Shown: positions 62,011 through 64,000 of the stretch, one piece after another
Layout: every line of letters begins with the position of its first letter
Position numbering within the stretch: position 1 is the first letter of the stretch
From: Oculina patagonica
Taxonomy: Eukaryota
Direction: 5' to 3'
Assembly (NCBI RefSeq): GCF_052425735.1
Contig: NC_135764.1
Coordinates: 18,414,001 to 18,478,000 of the forward strand
DNA: 64,000 nucleotides
Position numbers and translations under genes: made by a program
Notes under the pieces: model-generated
The model's database searches: none
Told to the model about the DNA's origin: nothing
The model's input: the letters and a program-made list of their open reading frames with translations, nothing else

Positions 62011-63537
62011 CATGGCATAGTAATAATGGCAATAATGGCATAGCCAGGAATGTATTAAAAGGTCTGTTGGAAAGGAGATATTTTCTATAATCGCATCTGT
62101 GGTAAAGTTATTCGTTTGAGAAATGTGAAAGGTGAAAAAAATAAAGTAGTTGGCCTCTGCTGATTTATTCCAGAATTTTCTGTTAATTCTGTTTAATCAT
62201 ATCAGTGGTATAATTACTGCAGAGAAATGAGTGGGGGATTTTTTTTTTCGTGCTACGTTTTTGAAGGACAGGGATTCTATTTTCATACAACAGAAAGGAA
62301 CAGTTCTCGCAACTCTAGTGTGCTATTGGCAAATACCAAGGATTAAACATCCATCGCATTTGAATAATTGCAATATTTTTGAAAAAAAAAATCGATAGCG
62401 AGTCCCGTAATCCTTTCAAACAGTGGAACCTCAGCTGGAAATTGATGGCCCTGTGTTAACAGAATGGTCCCATTTGTAGGTTTTTTTTTAGAAAAAATAA
62501 GTCGAAGCTCTGAATACGGAAAGGGTAAAATGACAAACAGCTTTTGCAATTGTTATTGAACCTCAAATTGCTACCTTTTTCAGCGTTTAATGTTTTACTG
62601 TAGGAAATTTAAACTGCATACATTGTCTACATTGTTCCGTAGGTTTGGCTGTAACAAAGCTATGATACCTGAAAATAGTACTGCTACTAATACTACATGT
62701 ACAGTAAAGAGATGTGGTTTAAAGGTCTGTTTTATTTACCGGAAAGATTATTTCAGATTTTAATATTTACTTCATCAAGGACATGTTCAGGTTCAAAAAT
62801 GTACAATATAAAATATTGAAGTAAGACAGTTAGACGTAACCGTGAGGGTTTGAAGTGATTCAAAGAAGTTACTCGAGGAAATTAGCTGATTCTATGAAAA
62901 GCGTAATAAAGGTAATTAGTCTGATCTCCTTCCGCATAACTATTCTTAATCGCACTACCCTTCCTAAAATGGTAATACTATTCTTCTGATTGACTGGACT
63001 GACGGTTCATTTATAACATTTAAATAATTCTCCAATCCAGTGACAATCCAAAACTTGTCCTTTCAGTTACAAAATTGACGAAATGCTGAAAAAGTGACTG
63101 ACAAACAAATTATAGTCAGTAATGATAGAGGGCCTGCATGAATCAAAAGATTTTGGAGACAGCAGGTGTCAACAACCAATAAATCAGTTCGTTACTAAAT
63201 TTCCGTTACAGCTTTTGAGGGTTAACAAGATTTGTTCAAGTGAAAAGAGAATTAAGGGATTAACACCCACACTTTCCACACCAACGTGAACAAGGCCAGA
63301 GGAATACACAATTTGGTAAACTATACGCTATACAATGAAGGTAGTCGGGGATGGACCGAACAAAACTATCTCACTGGTTGAGGACAAGGAGCAGGGTTAC
63401 CACAACCAAAGTCAAAGTATCGGACAGGTAGCACGAGAAACAGCGCAATAACTCTATCAAATGTTTTGCGGAGCTATCAGTATTAGTCCTATCCCTCCTG
63501 ATCTGTAGTATCTTTTTAAGTTTAACAAGTTTCAATA

Positions 63538-63705
63538 NNNNNNNNNNNNNNNNNNNNNNNNNNNNNNNNNNNNNNNNNNNNNNNNNNNNNNNNNNNNNNN
63601 NNNNNNNNNNNNNNNNNNNNNNNNNNNNNNNNNNNNNNNNNNNNNNNNNNNNNNNNNNNNNNNNNNNNNNNNNNNNNNNNNNNNNNNNNNNNNNNNNNNN
63701 NNNNN
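63538..63705. other. Assembly gap (N run)
   Basis: Run of n characters. Confidence 1.
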
Positions 63706-64000
63706 GAAGAAAGGTTCTTCATCTACAATATCTTCACTATAAATCTACACTATAAATCGGAAAAAATAAATAAAATACAATGTTTGTTGAAAGAGACCAC
63801 ACCAATCTCTAAATAACTACATGTATTGAACACTGTCATCGACTAAAAAGGTGTGTAATGGAACATCCAAGTGACCGGCAGATCCTTTGTTATCATGCCA
63901 TCTGTCAATCATGCAATTCTTAACAACGAGCGGTTGTGGCCAAATGGGGTCAATGATATTCACATACGTTAGGACAAATATGATATAAAATATTTAGGAA

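Overview
AT-rich eukaryotic (animal) genomic DNA with spliceosomal GT-AG introns and two N-gaps. The gene and repeat content suggests an anthozoan cnidarian such as a stony coral (inference). There are three blocks. (1) 1-18.7 kb: four MFSD6-like transporter paralogs, each with a single coding exon. One runs off the window, one has a 1-bp frameshift next to its start codon, and a TTAA-flanked DNA transposon with ~1.15-kb terminal inverted repeats lies between copies 1 and 2. (2) 20-47 kb: five tandem minus-strand genes that the ORF track only shows as fragments. I assembled them by hand into frame-consistent spliced models. All encode signal-peptide-bearing proteins: an acidic N/D/E/Q-rich protein with a C-terminal TSP1 domain, two His/Gly/Tyr/Pro-rich proteins, a 95-aa peptide ending in Gly, and a 506-aa protein with an Asp/Glu tail. 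They share one exon layout, and three have a signal-peptide coding segment of exactly 76 nt. This cluster is the best candidate for an undescribed system. (3) 49.7-55.3 kb: an intact two-exon NKL-type homeobox gene with an EH1 motif, plus a decayed tandem duplicate; both retain a gapless 82-bp upstream element. LINE (RTE, CR1/L2-like, Tx1/L1-like), SINE and MITE remnants, some nested, fill the rest. No database searches were run.
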